Source: a virus. From it: a stretch of 47,790 bases of DNA. The notes under the pieces were generated by a model. The model was not told the DNA's origin. It saw only the letters and a program-made list of their open reading frames with translations, and did no database searches. Position 1 is the stretch's first letter, and the number at the start of each line of letters is the position of its first letter. Shown here in pieces: positions 1 through 9,117 of this stretch. The stretch covers positions 1 through 47,790 of the IMG/VR virus record IMGVR_UViG_3300045988_092571, one strand, 5' to 3'. The position numbers and the translations under genes are program-made.

Positions 1-119
1 AATAAGGTTGATTATAATTTCCAAACATACTTATTCTCCTTCTAATTGGTTATTTACACCTAAAGTATAACGAGGATAATTACTTCATTATTGATTGAAA
101 ATTGACCAAAAAAAAAAAG
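1..119. repeat. Terminal direct repeat, copy 1 (identical to 47672..47790); indicates a circularly closed or terminally redundant genome
   Basis: Base-by-base comparison: 1..119 (aataaggttg...ccaaaaaaaaaaag) equals 47672..47790, including the 11-A run. Bases 1..28 duplicate the 5' end of the CDS 47301..47699. Confidence 0.95.
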
Positions 120-139
120 AACGACTTTATGAGTCGTCC
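108..139 (-). terminator. Rho-independent terminator after the sigma-r4-like gene
   Basis: Minus strand reads ACGACT-CATAA-AGTCGT (121..126/132..137) followed by TC + T11. The stop codon of 127..420 lies in the loop. Confidence 0.75.
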
Positions 140-420
140 TTTTCTAACAATTCCTTATAACATTCTGGAAAGTCAATCCTGCCTCTTTTGATAGATTTCT
201 TGAACTTATTAACACCGTAGGTAATCTTTCTAGATATTGTCTCTGCGTTTTGATAACCAACTTTATATGCGATTTCAACATTAGACAATCCATACACCCA
301 CTTGTATATCAAAATCTTTCCAACTATTTCTGGCATACCTACAACATTAATATAGTACTCAAGAGTTTCTTTATCAAACTCAGACATCTCTTTTCTGATG
401 ACTTTATCTATTTGTTTCAT
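127..420 (-). CDS. Small sigma-70 region-4-like / ArpU-like HTH transcriptional regulator
   Basis: 97 aa. The segment ILIYKWVYGLSNVEIAYKVGYQNAETISRKITYGVNKFKKSI matches the sigma region 4 HTH pattern (y..glS..EIA...g.s..tV...). Its start overlaps the holin stop. Confidence 0.55.
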   Translation of the reverse strand: MKQIDKVIRKEMSEFDKETLEYYINVVGMPEIVGKILIYKWVYGLSNVEIAYKVGYQNAETISRKITYGVNKFKKSIKRGRIDFPECYKELLEKDDS

Positions 421-728
421 TATTCATTAGCTTTTTGAATTTGTTTTACACATTGGTTTCCGTACACACTAAGTGATGCAACTAAAATACCTTGTACAAT
501 ACTTGTAAAGATACCTAAAATAATATCCTTGTACGTTGTAAAATCGCAGGTTCCAATTATGTAAAGACCACATAGTACAATACTTATAACTCCAAGAATA
601 TAAGGAATTACTGCATCATTTACTTTTGATTTCTTAATTGCATATCCAATTGCCCACATAACTACTACTAAAACAAGTAGTTCAGGTCTGATATAATCTT
701 TGATTGCTGTTACAAAACTTTCGTCCAT
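420..728 (-). CDS. Holin (phage_holin_4_1-like)
   Basis: 102 aa with three hydrophobic segments (LLVLVVVMWAIGYAI, ILGVISIVLCGLYIIG, ILGIFTSIVQGILVASLSVYG) and a charged C-terminus. Lies directly downstream of the endolysin. Confidence 0.75.
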   Translation of the reverse strand: MDESFVTAIKDYIRPELLVLVVVMWAIGYAIKKSKVNDAVIPYILGVISIVLCGLYIIGTCDFTTYKDIILGIFTSIVQGILVASLSVYGNQCVKQIQKANE

Positions 729-737
729 ATTAGCCTC

Positions 738-1610
738 CTATATTTTCTGTAATCCAGATGCTTTATATCTACCTAGAACACCTTGACTATCCCTTATTTC
801 ATAAGGATATGGATATTCTAGACGGATTTTAGTGATTGTTCCAACACTTCCAATACGTGCTCTGTTACCACTACCGTCAAAAGCAGCACGTCCATAATCA
901 ATAGATTTTACTCTATCTCCTACTTTTAACTCAACGTTTTCCTGAGTTGAAGAAATTGATAAATCAGCTTCTGCTACCCAACCTAATCCATCATTAATTA
1001 AATAAGGTTTCGTTGCATTAGCCTTATCATTTACCTTAGAAATTACTGCTTCTAAGTTAGTTCTTGACTGTCCTGCTCCTCCACCATAGCTGTCTGCATA
1101 TAGTGTTCCTGTAAATACAACTTTATCCCCAACTTTGTATTTTCTTTCCACAGTTTCCACAGGCTCTTCTTTTTCTTCTTCTGGGTAAATGTATGACTCG
1201 AAGTTTGTCCAACCTCTATTAGCATAAGCCACATTAATGTCAGAAATAGGATACCAACCGAAATGTAGGTGTACTCCTGTAGCATTTCCAGTCTTGCCAA
1301 CATTACCGATTTTTGTTTCGGATGTAACATTTTGTCCTTTTGCAACACTAATTTTATCTAAATGGACATAGACACCTACATAACCTAGTCTAGGATATGC
1401 TACATCTACACCTAAGGCACCTGCTGTATCTTGCCATGTTCTTACAACATAGCCATCTTCTAAAGCATAACATGGTACTTTTTTACCATTTGTACCATAA
1501 TCTACACCTAAATGATAACCACGGACTCCATTTAGAGTTCTCCAACCAAAAGGTGATGTTACATAAGGTTCTACAGATTTAATCAGTCTGCTACCATTAT
1601 TTGTTGCCAT
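738..1610 (-). CDS. Endolysin: M23 metallopeptidase domain plus two SH3b-like cell-wall-binding repeats
   Basis: HxxxD motif (YHLGVDYG) and HxH motif (GVHLHFG). C-terminal KVGDKV... and KVGDRV... repeat units. ATG at 1610 is preceded by GAGGAGAG (the ORF track starts at GTG 1619). Confidence 0.85.
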   Translation of the reverse strand: MATNNGSRLIKSVEPYVTSPFGWRTLNGVRGYHLGVDYGTNGKKVPCYALEDGYVVRTWQDTAGALGVDVAYPRLGYVGVYVHLDKISVAKGQNVTSETKIGNVGKTGNATGVHLHFGWYPISDINVAYANRGWTNFESYIYPEEEKEEPVETVERKYKVGDKVVFTGTLYADSYGGGAGQSRTNLEAVISKVNDKANATKPYLINDGLGWVAEADLSISSTQENVELKVGDRVKSIDYGRAAFDGSGNRARIGSVGTITKIRLEYPYPYEIRDSQGVLGRYKASGLQKI

Positions 1611-1725
1611 CGTTTTCACTCTCCTCTTCTACAGGGGGTTCACCATATCTTTTAATGGCTTCCTCCTCTGGTAACTGTGAGATATAATCAGTTACTTGTT
1701 CTAAAGTATCAATTGTTTCTACCAT
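1597..1725 (-). CDS. Small acidic hypothetical protein (42 aa, below the ORF-track cutoff)
   Basis: My translation: MVETIDTLEQVTDYISQLPEEEAIKRYGEPPVEEESENDGNK. ATG at 1725 is preceded by GGAGGA. Fills the gap between the flanking genes. Confidence 0.4.
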   Translation of the reverse strand: MVETIDTLEQVTDYISQLPEEEAIKRYGEPPVEEESENDGNK

Positions 1726-2041
1726 TTTTCACGTCCTCCTTTTTATTGACATTTAAGCTTCTGAGCTCTTCAACCAAATGGTCTATTACACCATTTCCCC
1801 CTAATGCTTTATATTCCTTGTACATCTTTTCTAGGTTCTCTCGTTCATAAATCGGAATGTAGCCTAGTTCATAATATTTATTATACAAGCCTATTATTGA
1901 ATTTCTAAGAAGTGCTACAATACCACTTTGTGTTGCATCTATTTGCTTATGATACTGCTTTATTTTACCATACAACCATGCAACAATACCTGTTAAAATA
2001 CTCCATAGAATTTCTTCTAAGTGGCTAGTAAAGAATTCCAT
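1709..2041 (-). CDS. Hypothetical N-terminally membrane-anchored protein
   Basis: 110 aa with one hydrophobic segment (ILWSILTGIVAWLYG). Translationally coupled within the late operon. Confidence 0.5.
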   Translation of the reverse strand: MEFFTSHLEEILWSILTGIVAWLYGKIKQYHKQIDATQSGIVALLRNSIIGLYNKYYELGYIPIYERENLEKMYKEYKALGGNGVIDHLVEELRSLNVNKKEDVKNGRNN

Positions 2042-2247
2042 TATCCAAAAATATTCCTTAAAAATTTACTAATATCTATACCGTTTATTTTTGAAATAGG
2101 AACTGCCGATTTAATTGTTACTTTCTTTATCTTACTACCTGTTGAGTTGTTGTTTTTTCTAATAGTAATACTTTTTGCATTTTTATCAAAGTCAGCTGTT
2201 GTTGTATTTGTATTACCTTTCTTTTTTACTCTCACCTTTATTTTCAC
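2041..2247 (-). CDS. Hypothetical basic protein
   Basis: 68 aa, Lys-rich. Start/stop overlaps with neighbours suggest coupling. Confidence 0.35.
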   Translation of the reverse strand: MKIKVRVKKKGNTNTTTADFDKNAKSITIRKNNNSTGSKIKKVTIKSAVPISKINGIDISKFLRNIFG

Positions 2248-2525
2248 TTATAAATGTCGCCTTCTTCCGTAACATTCCAATTACCAACTTCTCCATCGAC
2301 TTCCTCAATTGTTATCGTAACACCTTCGTCTAATTTATCGGAGATTGTAGTAATGGTGTCTTTTGTATTTTTGTACATAATTCCAATTAGAACACCAAAA
2401 GTTACTATGACAACAGTAAGAACTGAAACAACAATTATAAGCAAATGTCTAAGTAATCTGTTATCTGTAGCTTGTGTGTTTAAAACTGCGTTCAGTTTCT
2501 TTCTATCATCTTCTGTCATGCTCAT
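2244..2525 (-). CDS. Hypothetical single-pass membrane protein
   Basis: 93 aa with a TM segment LLIIVVSVLTVVIVTFGVLIGIM. Confidence 0.5.
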   Translation of the reverse strand: MSMTEDDRKKLNAVLNTQATDNRLLRHLLIIVVSVLTVVIVTFGVLIGIMYKNTKDTITTISDKLDEGVTITIEEVDGEVGNWNVTEEGDIYK

Positions 2526-2572
2526 CCCTCACTTTCAAATTAAGTATAACATGGTGTTCGACTTTTGTCAAT

Positions 2573-4360
2573 TTAGGCTGTTCGTTTCCATATATAACAA
2601 GTTATGTATGGTTGCAAGTTATTATGAGGTTGGTCCCCGCCAGCATTGGACGTATTTGGTATAGCACCAACCCCATCAGTCCATAAATTTCCTGTACCAA
2701 TACCCTTGATGCCTTGATTTTCTTGATTAAACAAAGCACTACCACCTTGAAATCCATGTGGGTGTGATGCTAATTCTTGAACAGTCAATTTGTGTGTCTT
2801 TTCACCACCTGTTTTTTCAACTGTGTTAAATTCAGTTTGACTTGTATCAACACCAACAGGAACTCTACCAGCACCCCAAATTACCCAAGTTCCTCCAAAT
2901 AGTTGACTAGGATTTGTTGAGTCTGTGCTAAAATAAAGACTTCCTACAGGGTGTGCTAAATCAACATTTATCCTAACCTGTGAGTCTGAATATTCTAATA
3001 ATTTGATACCTTTATACCATACATCGTTTCTTCTTATTCTAAAGGTTGGTGTTCCTTCTGAAAGAGACTCAGAAAAAGTAATTCCATTTACATTTACCTT
3101 ATCTTTTAATATAACTTCAATATCATAACTGTTATCTGTTGAGAAGTTTTCGCCAATCAACAAATCAGTAATACTAAAGGTATTATTTAATATGACAGCC
3201 TCTTCTGTTATATCTGAAGTAGTCTCCCAAACAGAAGTTCCTTTTGCTTTATACCTTAGTTGAACAGTTAAAGTATTATTAGTTGCTCCAAAACTATCAT
3301 TAAAATAATTTCCCGTTAAGTTCAAATGGGCTTTACCTGATAATTCATTTTCACGTGTTACTGAAATATTTGTAACAGTTAATGGAACATATTCTACATA
3401 ATGTTCAAAGTCAACTTGTAACGTATCACTGCTAAGCCCACGACTATCTTTAACTGATGTATAAAGCTTATCACTATCAACTTTGGATATGCTGCCTGTT
3501 GATTGCGTTTCTTGAAGAGCCCCACTCACTTTAGACAAATAGTATTTAGAAATAGTTGAGTTGTGTTTTGCAGTACCTGTTATTGTGTAGTTAATATTAC
3601 TTACACCTTTTACAATACCATCAACATAACCTGTTAAACTTTGTGATATTATATCTGTTGTATAACCAAAGGAAACTGTAGGTTTAGCCTCATCACTATC
3701 AACATAAACTGTAAAAGGTGTAGTAGTTGTTCCAATTAAATCATTTCCAGAATATGTATAGCAATAGAATGTTCCTTGTCCTGACACATTGTTTGGAATT
3801 TGTGCATAGAAAGTCTCGGGAACTGTCCATTGGTAACTATTAGCTACATTTGTTGCAAACTCTTCAGATAAAGTACCAAAATCGTAACGAAGTTTATGTC
3901 TAAACGACGTAGAATTTTGTGAGATGTTAATCGTTGTTGTTTTTCCAATCGTTAAATTAGTTGGACTTATAATACTATCCGCTCTCGGTATAGTAGGTAA
4001 TGGGAAAGACCCACTTATATTAGCATCTCCTAAATTCCAACTTGTATCAGCACTTGCTGTATAAGAAGCTGTAGCTTTTCCTTCATTATTATGAGGAACT
4101 ATAACATCTAAGTAACCTATCAATGTGTTAGAATTAGGACCAATATTACTAAAAGACCCTACGTTTGTCCCATTAATGTAAACAGGTGCACTAACTCCTC
4201 CACCTGAATAATTTCCAACAGAACCTACATAAGCATAATATCTGATTGCACTAGCATTTCCTGGAGTAGATTGTGAGTTATCTTGGTATAAGTCTAAAAA
4301 GAAATGACTACCATTTACACCATTAAAATTTGCTCTTTGTAATAATTGCAATTTAATCAC
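2573..4360 (-). CDS. Tail fibre / receptor-binding protein with C-terminal phage tail-collar-like domain
   Basis: 595 aa. The C-terminus KTHKLTVQELASHPH...GGDQPHNNLQPYITCYIWKRTA matches the tail-collar pattern (H..H...G...HNN.QPY). Position is distal in the tail module. Confidence 0.7.
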   Translation of the reverse strand: MIKLQLLQRANFNGVNGSHFFLDLYQDNSQSTPGNASAIRYYAYVGSVGNYSGGGVSAPVYINGTNVGSFSNIGPNSNTLIGYLDVIVPHNNEGKATASYTASADTSWNLGDANISGSFPLPTIPRADSIISPTNLTIGKTTTINISQNSTSFRHKLRYDFGTLSEEFATNVANSYQWTVPETFYAQIPNNVSGQGTFYCYTYSGNDLIGTTTTPFTVYVDSDEAKPTVSFGYTTDIISQSLTGYVDGIVKGVSNINYTITGTAKHNSTISKYYLSKVSGALQETQSTGSISKVDSDKLYTSVKDSRGLSSDTLQVDFEHYVEYVPLTVTNISVTRENELSGKAHLNLTGNYFNDSFGATNNTLTVQLRYKAKGTSVWETTSDITEEAVILNNTFSITDLLIGENFSTDNSYDIEVILKDKVNVNGITFSESLSEGTPTFRIRRNDVWYKGIKLLEYSDSQVRINVDLAHPVGSLYFSTDSTNPSQLFGGTWVIWGAGRVPVGVDTSQTEFNTVEKTGGEKTHKLTVQELASHPHGFQGGSALFNQENQGIKGIGTGNLWTDGVGAIPNTSNAGGDQPHNNLQPYITCYIWKRTA

Positions 4361-5576
4361 CTACCCAATAAATATCCGTTGAAGGCTCACCTTCAAATTC
4401 ACCTTTAGTAAATAAAAGGTAGCCCAATTGTGTTTGATTTTCTATTTTATTTTCCAAATCTATTATTTTGTTATTTACGTCTTGTATAGCTTCATCTTGT
4501 TCTTCATTCTTAGCATCTATTTGTTTTGTTGGTGTATAGTTATTTTTTAAGTTTGTATCTAACGTATTATAAGATGTATTCAATTCATTAATATCTTCTA
4601 AAACATCGTCTACTGTCTGATTTATATTGGTTATTTGACTGGCATAATTAGTTGTATGTTTCCAGTCCATTAGAGAAAAATCTTCTCCATCTATCTTAGC
4701 AGTTTGACAAACATATAGTTCTTCTCCGTTTGTCCACAAGTCTCCTACATTATAAGGAGGAACAGGTTGTTCTGTGTATGTTTTAGTGCCTCCTGCCTTT
4801 GCATTTAAGGTACCATCACTTTCTATTTCTAGGTTATCTCCTACTTTAATACCACCTAAAGTGTCTTGACTAGCTATAGGTAAATCGTATGAACTACCTC
4901 CTGTTGCAGACAAAGTACCATCATCTTCAACATGAAGTCCCGTTCCTACTTTAACTCCACCTAATGTTGTTTCTGTAGCTGGTGGAAGAACATAAGAGCC
5001 TCCACCACCTCCAGTAGCATTTAAAGTACCATCTGGCTCAATTGTTAGATTGTCTCCTACTTTAATACCACCTAATGCTGTTTCAGAGGCTACAGGTAAC
5101 TCTAAATTGTCTATAGCATTATTTACGTATGTTGCATCAACAAAGTTTTCATCGTTTTCAAGCTGTGATACTTTTGTCGGTATTTCCGACTTATCTGCTT
5201 TATTATTAAGACTGCTCTTTATTTCAGTATCATCATAGTTTTCTAAAGAAGCAAGTTTTTCTTTCTCAGCATCTGTATAATCATTAGAAGATAAAACTTT
5301 TCCTTCTTCTTTATCAACTTTATTTTCTATCTGTGTTTCTAAATCAGATACTGTTGTATTAAATGTACTATTTTCTACTTTATTATTTATTTGAGTCTGC
5401 AATTCTTGAACTTGTTCTGCAACATTAGAGACGTCTGCTTTATCTTGTTGTAGTTCCAATATCAGTCTATAGTTGTCATTGACTCCTTGCTCTGTTACAT
5501 CATTGTTTGCATTTAAGTCACTACCATAGAGTACTTGCCCATCTTGATAATCTTTTTTTAGGCTTATATTTGCCAT
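4353..5576 (-). CDS. Tail fibre protein (coiled-coil N-terminus, triplicated fibre repeat)
   Basis: 407 aa with three LP.A..(E/D)TLGG(I/V)KVG..L.(I/V)E.DGTL.A.GG units. The N-terminal part has heptad-like Q/E/N-rich sequence. Confidence 0.7.
   Translation of the reverse strand: MANISLKKDYQDGQVLYGSDLNANNDVTEQGVNDNYRLILELQQDKADVSNVAEQVQELQTQINNKVENSTFNTTVSDLETQIENKVDKEEGKVLSSNDYTDAEKEKLASLENYDDTEIKSSLNNKADKSEIPTKVSQLENDENFVDATYVNNAIDNLELPVASETALGGIKVGDNLTIEPDGTLNATGGGGGSYVLPPATETTLGGVKVGTGLHVEDDGTLSATGGSSYDLPIASQDTLGGIKVGDNLEIESDGTLNAKAGGTKTYTEQPVPPYNVGDLWTNGEELYVCQTAKIDGEDFSLMDWKHTTNYASQITNINQTVDDVLEDINELNTSYNTLDTNLKNNYTPTKQIDAKNEEQDEAIQDVNNKIIDLENKIENQTQLGYLLFTKGEFEGEPSTDIYWVGD
4791..5099 (-). 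repeat. Three tandem in-frame ~30-34-aa fibre repeats inside CDS 4353..5576
   Basis: aa 160-262: ETALGGIKVGDNLTIEPDGTLNATGG / ETTLGGVKVGTGLHVEDDGTLSATGG / QDTLGGIKVGDNLEIESDGTLNAKAGG. Confidence 0.85.
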
Positions 5577-5577
5577 A

Positions 5578-8244
5578 CTACCCCTCCTTTACTTTCTTTA
5601 GTTTATAAATAATACCAATTGCTGATAATGTAAAGTTTTTGTTATTCCTATATTTTACTACAGTGCTTTCTCCGTTTTCAGTTACAGTTTCATCATAGCC
5701 ATCTGCCAACACAAACTTAATTGCTCTACCCTTAAAGTTTGGTCTAAGTTTTAATTGTTGTATCGTTTTCTTACCAAGAGTGTCCTCTCCCAACACTAAT
5801 TCTCCTAAAACTCTAGTACCTTTGATAATATCTGCTCCCTCTAAGATACTAGCATTGCTATCTGTTTTATAGATGTAGTAATAAGTGTCTGTCGCATCAT
5901 CATACAATACTTCATAGTCTTCAGGAGATAATACAGCAACATCATCTACATAGATTGTAATGTATAACGGAATAAGTGTTTCCGACTTGTTAGTGAATTT
6001 AAAGTACACTGCTTTAAATTTTTTAGTATGTGTTGGTGTCCCTAAATGTATATAAGGTGTCTCTAATTTAGAAACAAAGTCTGCAGCATCTTTATTACGC
6101 AAATCATTATCTAAGAAATCTAAATCATTAAATCTGAATTGCATAATGTCCATATTCCCACGTTCTTCTGTATCGTTAAAAGCAGTCATATCCTCATAAT
6201 GAGCTAAATTAATAAAGTTACCATATTCATCATAGAAATTTGATAAAAATATAGAACTATATGCTTGTTTAGAGTCATCAGAAGCATCACTTAAAACATA
6301 ATGATACATTGCATTTGTGTTGATGTTCATTAAATACCATGTTCTTCCATCTGTCATAGACATGATGTAATAATTTCCAAGAACATAAGCATCTCTTACA
6401 TTTTTTGAATTAATAACATCAGGCATCATTATATCAATCTTTTCAACGTTTTCAGTTCCTTCTCCTAAGTAACCTTGCTTTAATTGATAAAGTCCATCGT
6501 TACCTACAAAGAATAGATTATTATTAACAAGTCTTACTGTAAGACCGTTAGAACAACCCATGAAATCATTTAAAGGATAAACACCAAAGTTATCAGCACC
6601 AAACGTGCCAGACATTCTTTTAATCTGTTTATTTGTAAACACTGCATAGAATTGTCTAAAATAAGTGACTGCTGTTACTTCTTCATTAGAACCATTAGCA
6701 ATATACAAATTATAGTAATTAGGAAAGTAGTCAAAACGATTATAATCACTAAAGAAAATATAACCATGTCCTCCATACAATGCTAATTGTGTTCCTATAA
6801 TTTTACACTTTGTTGAACTGAATACTAAATCATTTATCTGGTAGACTAATCCTGTTTCTTTCGTATAATCCGTACCTGTTGAAAAGTAGTTTATGAACTC
6901 ATTTTCTCCTAGAGTAATCTTAATTTCAAAGTTACCTTCCTCATTAAGACCTGTACAACTAAAGATAGAAGTTTCATTACTATATGTACCCTCAAAACTC
7001 TTGTAAGGATTTACTGTAATATCTGTTTCTCCATTATCTGGTCTATATTCAAATTTAGAAGGTGCTGTTTCTCCTGAATGTATAATATGTATATTAAATG
7101 GCTTATTAAATGGAACATTCTGAATAGGTTCATTAACATCATCACCTGCTTCATTTTGCATAGTATATGAGAAGAATACACCTTTTACAATGTCTGTAAC
7201 ACCTGTGTTATCAATATAATCAATAGGGCTCTCTGCTAAAACATTAAAACCAACATAAGTAAGCTCAATAGGTGTAGGCTTGTAGATATTTGAATTTTCA
7301 TAACCTCCCACCTCTTGAATAGTATCAGGTGCTGATAATGACACATATTCTGAGAAAGCTTCCTTCAATTTTAGAATGTAATTAGTACCTGTTGCTGCAT
7401 AATAATAACCATTAAATTTAGCCAATTCCACACATTCCGTAGGATTATCATCGGAGCCTATAACAGTTCCAGGAAAAGTGTCCTCTAACGTCTTATAAGA
7501 ATATAGCCATCTCGGATAAAATACTCCATTAGTTTGATAAGGCTTGATAGTAGGGTCTTTTGTCTCTATTTCAAAATCAACACTAATACCACTAACCATG
7601 TCATAGGATAATGTCATTCTAACATGATAAATAGCCCAACCTGCTGATATAAACTCCCATGACGTCTCTACGTCAGTTACATTAGCTTTCTTTGAAACGT
7701 AACCTCCAACAATCATTATAAACTCCATGAAATTGGTTGTTCCTGTTGGTATGTCAGTCATAGTTCCATTCAACAATTCGTCAGCCCTTAAAAGACGTTC
7801 AGAAACATTAACATCTCTTGTAATAACAAAATTCATTAAGTTTTTTGGTGTAAATCTTAAATTAATATCCTCGTTTACACTTCCTGATGTGGCTATATAT
7901 CTTTTACTTTCAGAGATACCTTTAAAAGCAATATTTACCATCTTATTAAAAGCAGTTTCTCCTACTTCCTCAGAACCTTCATAATCATTGAATGTTACAT
8001 GAAATTTGGCATCGTCATATTCTCCATCTTTGATTTTTCTGCAAAAGTAAGCTAATTTATTATCATAGACACCTGGTCTTTTTGACAAAGCTCCTTGTTC
8101 ATCATCATAGAAATTAATTAGTTCTCTAAAAGTTGAGTCGCTCACGACATCATCAGCAACACTTGTATTGATACCCGAACTGAAATTTCCAATTATATCA
8201 TAAATTTTAGCAGATGTTCCTTTGACAACTTGTCTTGTTGCCAT
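5578..8244 (-). CDS. Large tail structural protein (tail knob/baseplate-like; exact role unknown)
   Basis: 888 aa. Largest gene between the head genes and the fibres. No enzymatic motif recognised. Confidence 0.45.
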   Translation of the reverse strand: MATRQVVKGTSAKIYDIIGNFSSGINTSVADDVVSDSTFRELINFYDDEQGALSKRPGVYDNKLAYFCRKIKDGEYDDAKFHVTFNDYEGSEEVGETAFNKMVNIAFKGISESKRYIATSGSVNEDINLRFTPKNLMNFVITRDVNVSERLLRADELLNGTMTDIPTGTTNFMEFIMIVGGYVSKKANVTDVETSWEFISAGWAIYHVRMTLSYDMVSGISVDFEIETKDPTIKPYQTNGVFYPRWLYSYKTLEDTFPGTVIGSDDNPTECVELAKFNGYYYAATGTNYILKLKEAFSEYVSLSAPDTIQEVGGYENSNIYKPTPIELTYVGFNVLAESPIDYIDNTGVTDIVKGVFFSYTMQNEAGDDVNEPIQNVPFNKPFNIHIIHSGETAPSKFEYRPDNGETDITVNPYKSFEGTYSNETSIFSCTGLNEEGNFEIKITLGENEFINYFSTGTDYTKETGLVYQINDLVFSSTKCKIIGTQLALYGGHGYIFFSDYNRFDYFPNYYNLYIANGSNEEVTAVTYFRQFYAVFTNKQIKRMSGTFGADNFGVYPLNDFMGCSNGLTVRLVNNNLFFVGNDGLYQLKQGYLGEGTENVEKIDIMMPDVINSKNVRDAYVLGNYYIMSMTDGRTWYLMNINTNAMYHYVLSDASDDSKQAYSSIFLSNFYDEYGNFINLAHYEDMTAFNDTEERGNMDIMQFRFNDLDFLDNDLRNKDAADFVSKLETPYIHLGTPTHTKKFKAVYFKFTNKSETLIPLYITIYVDDVAVLSPEDYEVLYDDATDTYYYIYKTDSNASILEGADIIKGTRVLGELVLGEDTLGKKTIQQLKLRPNFKGRAIKFVLADGYDETVTENGESTVVKYRNNKNFTLSAIGIIYKLKKVKEG

Positions 8245-8247
8245 ATA

Positions 8248-8679
8248 CTACCACCCTCTCCAAAAAACAGTTCTAGCAGAGACGTCAATCGGTTTTATTC
8301 TTGATGAGTCTCCTTCAAAGCCTGTTGGCTCTCCCGCATTGGGGTCATCGTCTGGATAGACAGTTGCAATATCTCCTAACCCATTTTTAATAAAGTCATC
8401 AATAGCTGTTAAAAATCTATTATAATGAAAATCTCTAGGGTCTGAGTCACCATCATTAGCCATAATACTAAATGATAAATAAGGCTCAATCAATCGCAGT
8501 ACCCAAAAGTCAGGAATTGCCCAATAGTCTGTAGAGACATCTTCAAAAAATGGTAATCTAGTCTTTGCTTTTGCATTCACTTCAGCAATACCATTATTTG
8601 CCATACCTGTGATATTTGATGACGTTAAAGTCTCATCTGTCATATAATTTGAGTTGTTTACTACGTTTGTCAGTGTCAT
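8248..8679 (-). CDS. Hypothetical virion protein (possible head-tail adaptor by position)
   Basis: 143 aa. Lies between the capsid-proximal terminator and the large tail protein. RBS AAGGAGG. Confidence 0.4.
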   Translation of the reverse strand: MTLTNVVNNSNYMTDETLTSSNITGMANNGIAEVNAKAKTRLPFFEDVSTDYWAIPDFWVLRLIEPYLSFSIMANDGDSDPRDFHYNRFLTAIDDFIKNGLGDIATVYPDDDPNAGEPTGFEGDSSRIKPIDVSARTVFWRGW

Positions 8680-8695
8680 AAATACCTCCTTATAA

Positions 8696-8723
8696 TAAAA
8701 AAGAGCAACAATTATAGTTGCTC
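8696..8723 (-). terminator. Intrinsic (attenuating) terminator after the capsid / 118-aa genes
   Basis: Hairpin GAGCAAC-7 nt-GTTGCTC (8703..8723) followed on the minus strand by TTTTTT. Confidence 0.7.
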
Positions 8724-8734
8724 CTCTTTAAATT

Positions 8735-9091
8735 TTAATAACTTCCTAAAAAATCTAATGCTTCTTTAGGATTTTCATTTCGTTTCTTTTTTCCGACTTC
8801 TGCCTCAGCTTTTTTTGTAATTTTTCTTCTCACAAAAGTTGCAATCCAATCTGGAAGCATAACTGTACGTCCGTCAAAAATAAGAGTAACGGTAATACCC
8901 TGAACGGTCGTTACAAAACCATTCGGATATAATGAATGATAAATAACATCACATTTGAAAGGAACTCTCTTAACATCAGAAGCTGTTAATCTTTTTCCTT
9001 CCTGAAAATTCTGAGTATTTAATGCAGCATCAGAAGCTCCACTATCTTTAAAAATAGACTTTGATGTATTTATATTTTTATTAGATGCCAT
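8735..9091 (-). CDS. Hypothetical head-associated protein
   Basis: 118 aa, immediately downstream of the major capsid gene and upstream of a terminator. Confidence 0.4.
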   Translation of the reverse strand: MASNKNINTSKSIFKDSGASDAALNTQNFQEGKRLTASDVKRVPFKCDVIYHSLYPNGFVTTVQGITVTLIFDGRTVMLPDWIATFVRRKITKKAEAEVGKKKRNENPKEALDFLGSY

Positions 9092-9117
9092 TAGTCTTTC
9101 CTCCTAACTAATCAATA

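Noticed and set aside
2254-2664. Antisense or shadow ORFs in the track, e.g. 250-438(+), 1052-1348(-), 1397-1582(+), 2021-2272(+), 2254-2664(+), 5050-5238(+), 7727-7984(+), 9488-9739(+), 14663-14917(+), 15866-16231(+), 16601-16795(+), 16914-17147(+), 20820-21047(-), 21890-22084(-), 23978-24187(-), 25616-25843(-), 26713-26931(-), 27018-27254(-), 29472-29795(-), 30924-31181(-), 32430-32654(-), 33687-33890(-), 37052-37267(-), 37508-37774(-), 37781-37993(-), 39363-42133(+ set), 42915-43181(+), 45321-45614(+), 45943-46146(+), 46743-46931(+), 47084-47314(+)
   Set aside because: Each lies wholly inside, or largely overlaps, a longer motif-bearing or operon-consistent CDS on the other strand or frame. 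They lack RBSs and have Leu/Ser/Phe-rich shadow-frame composition.
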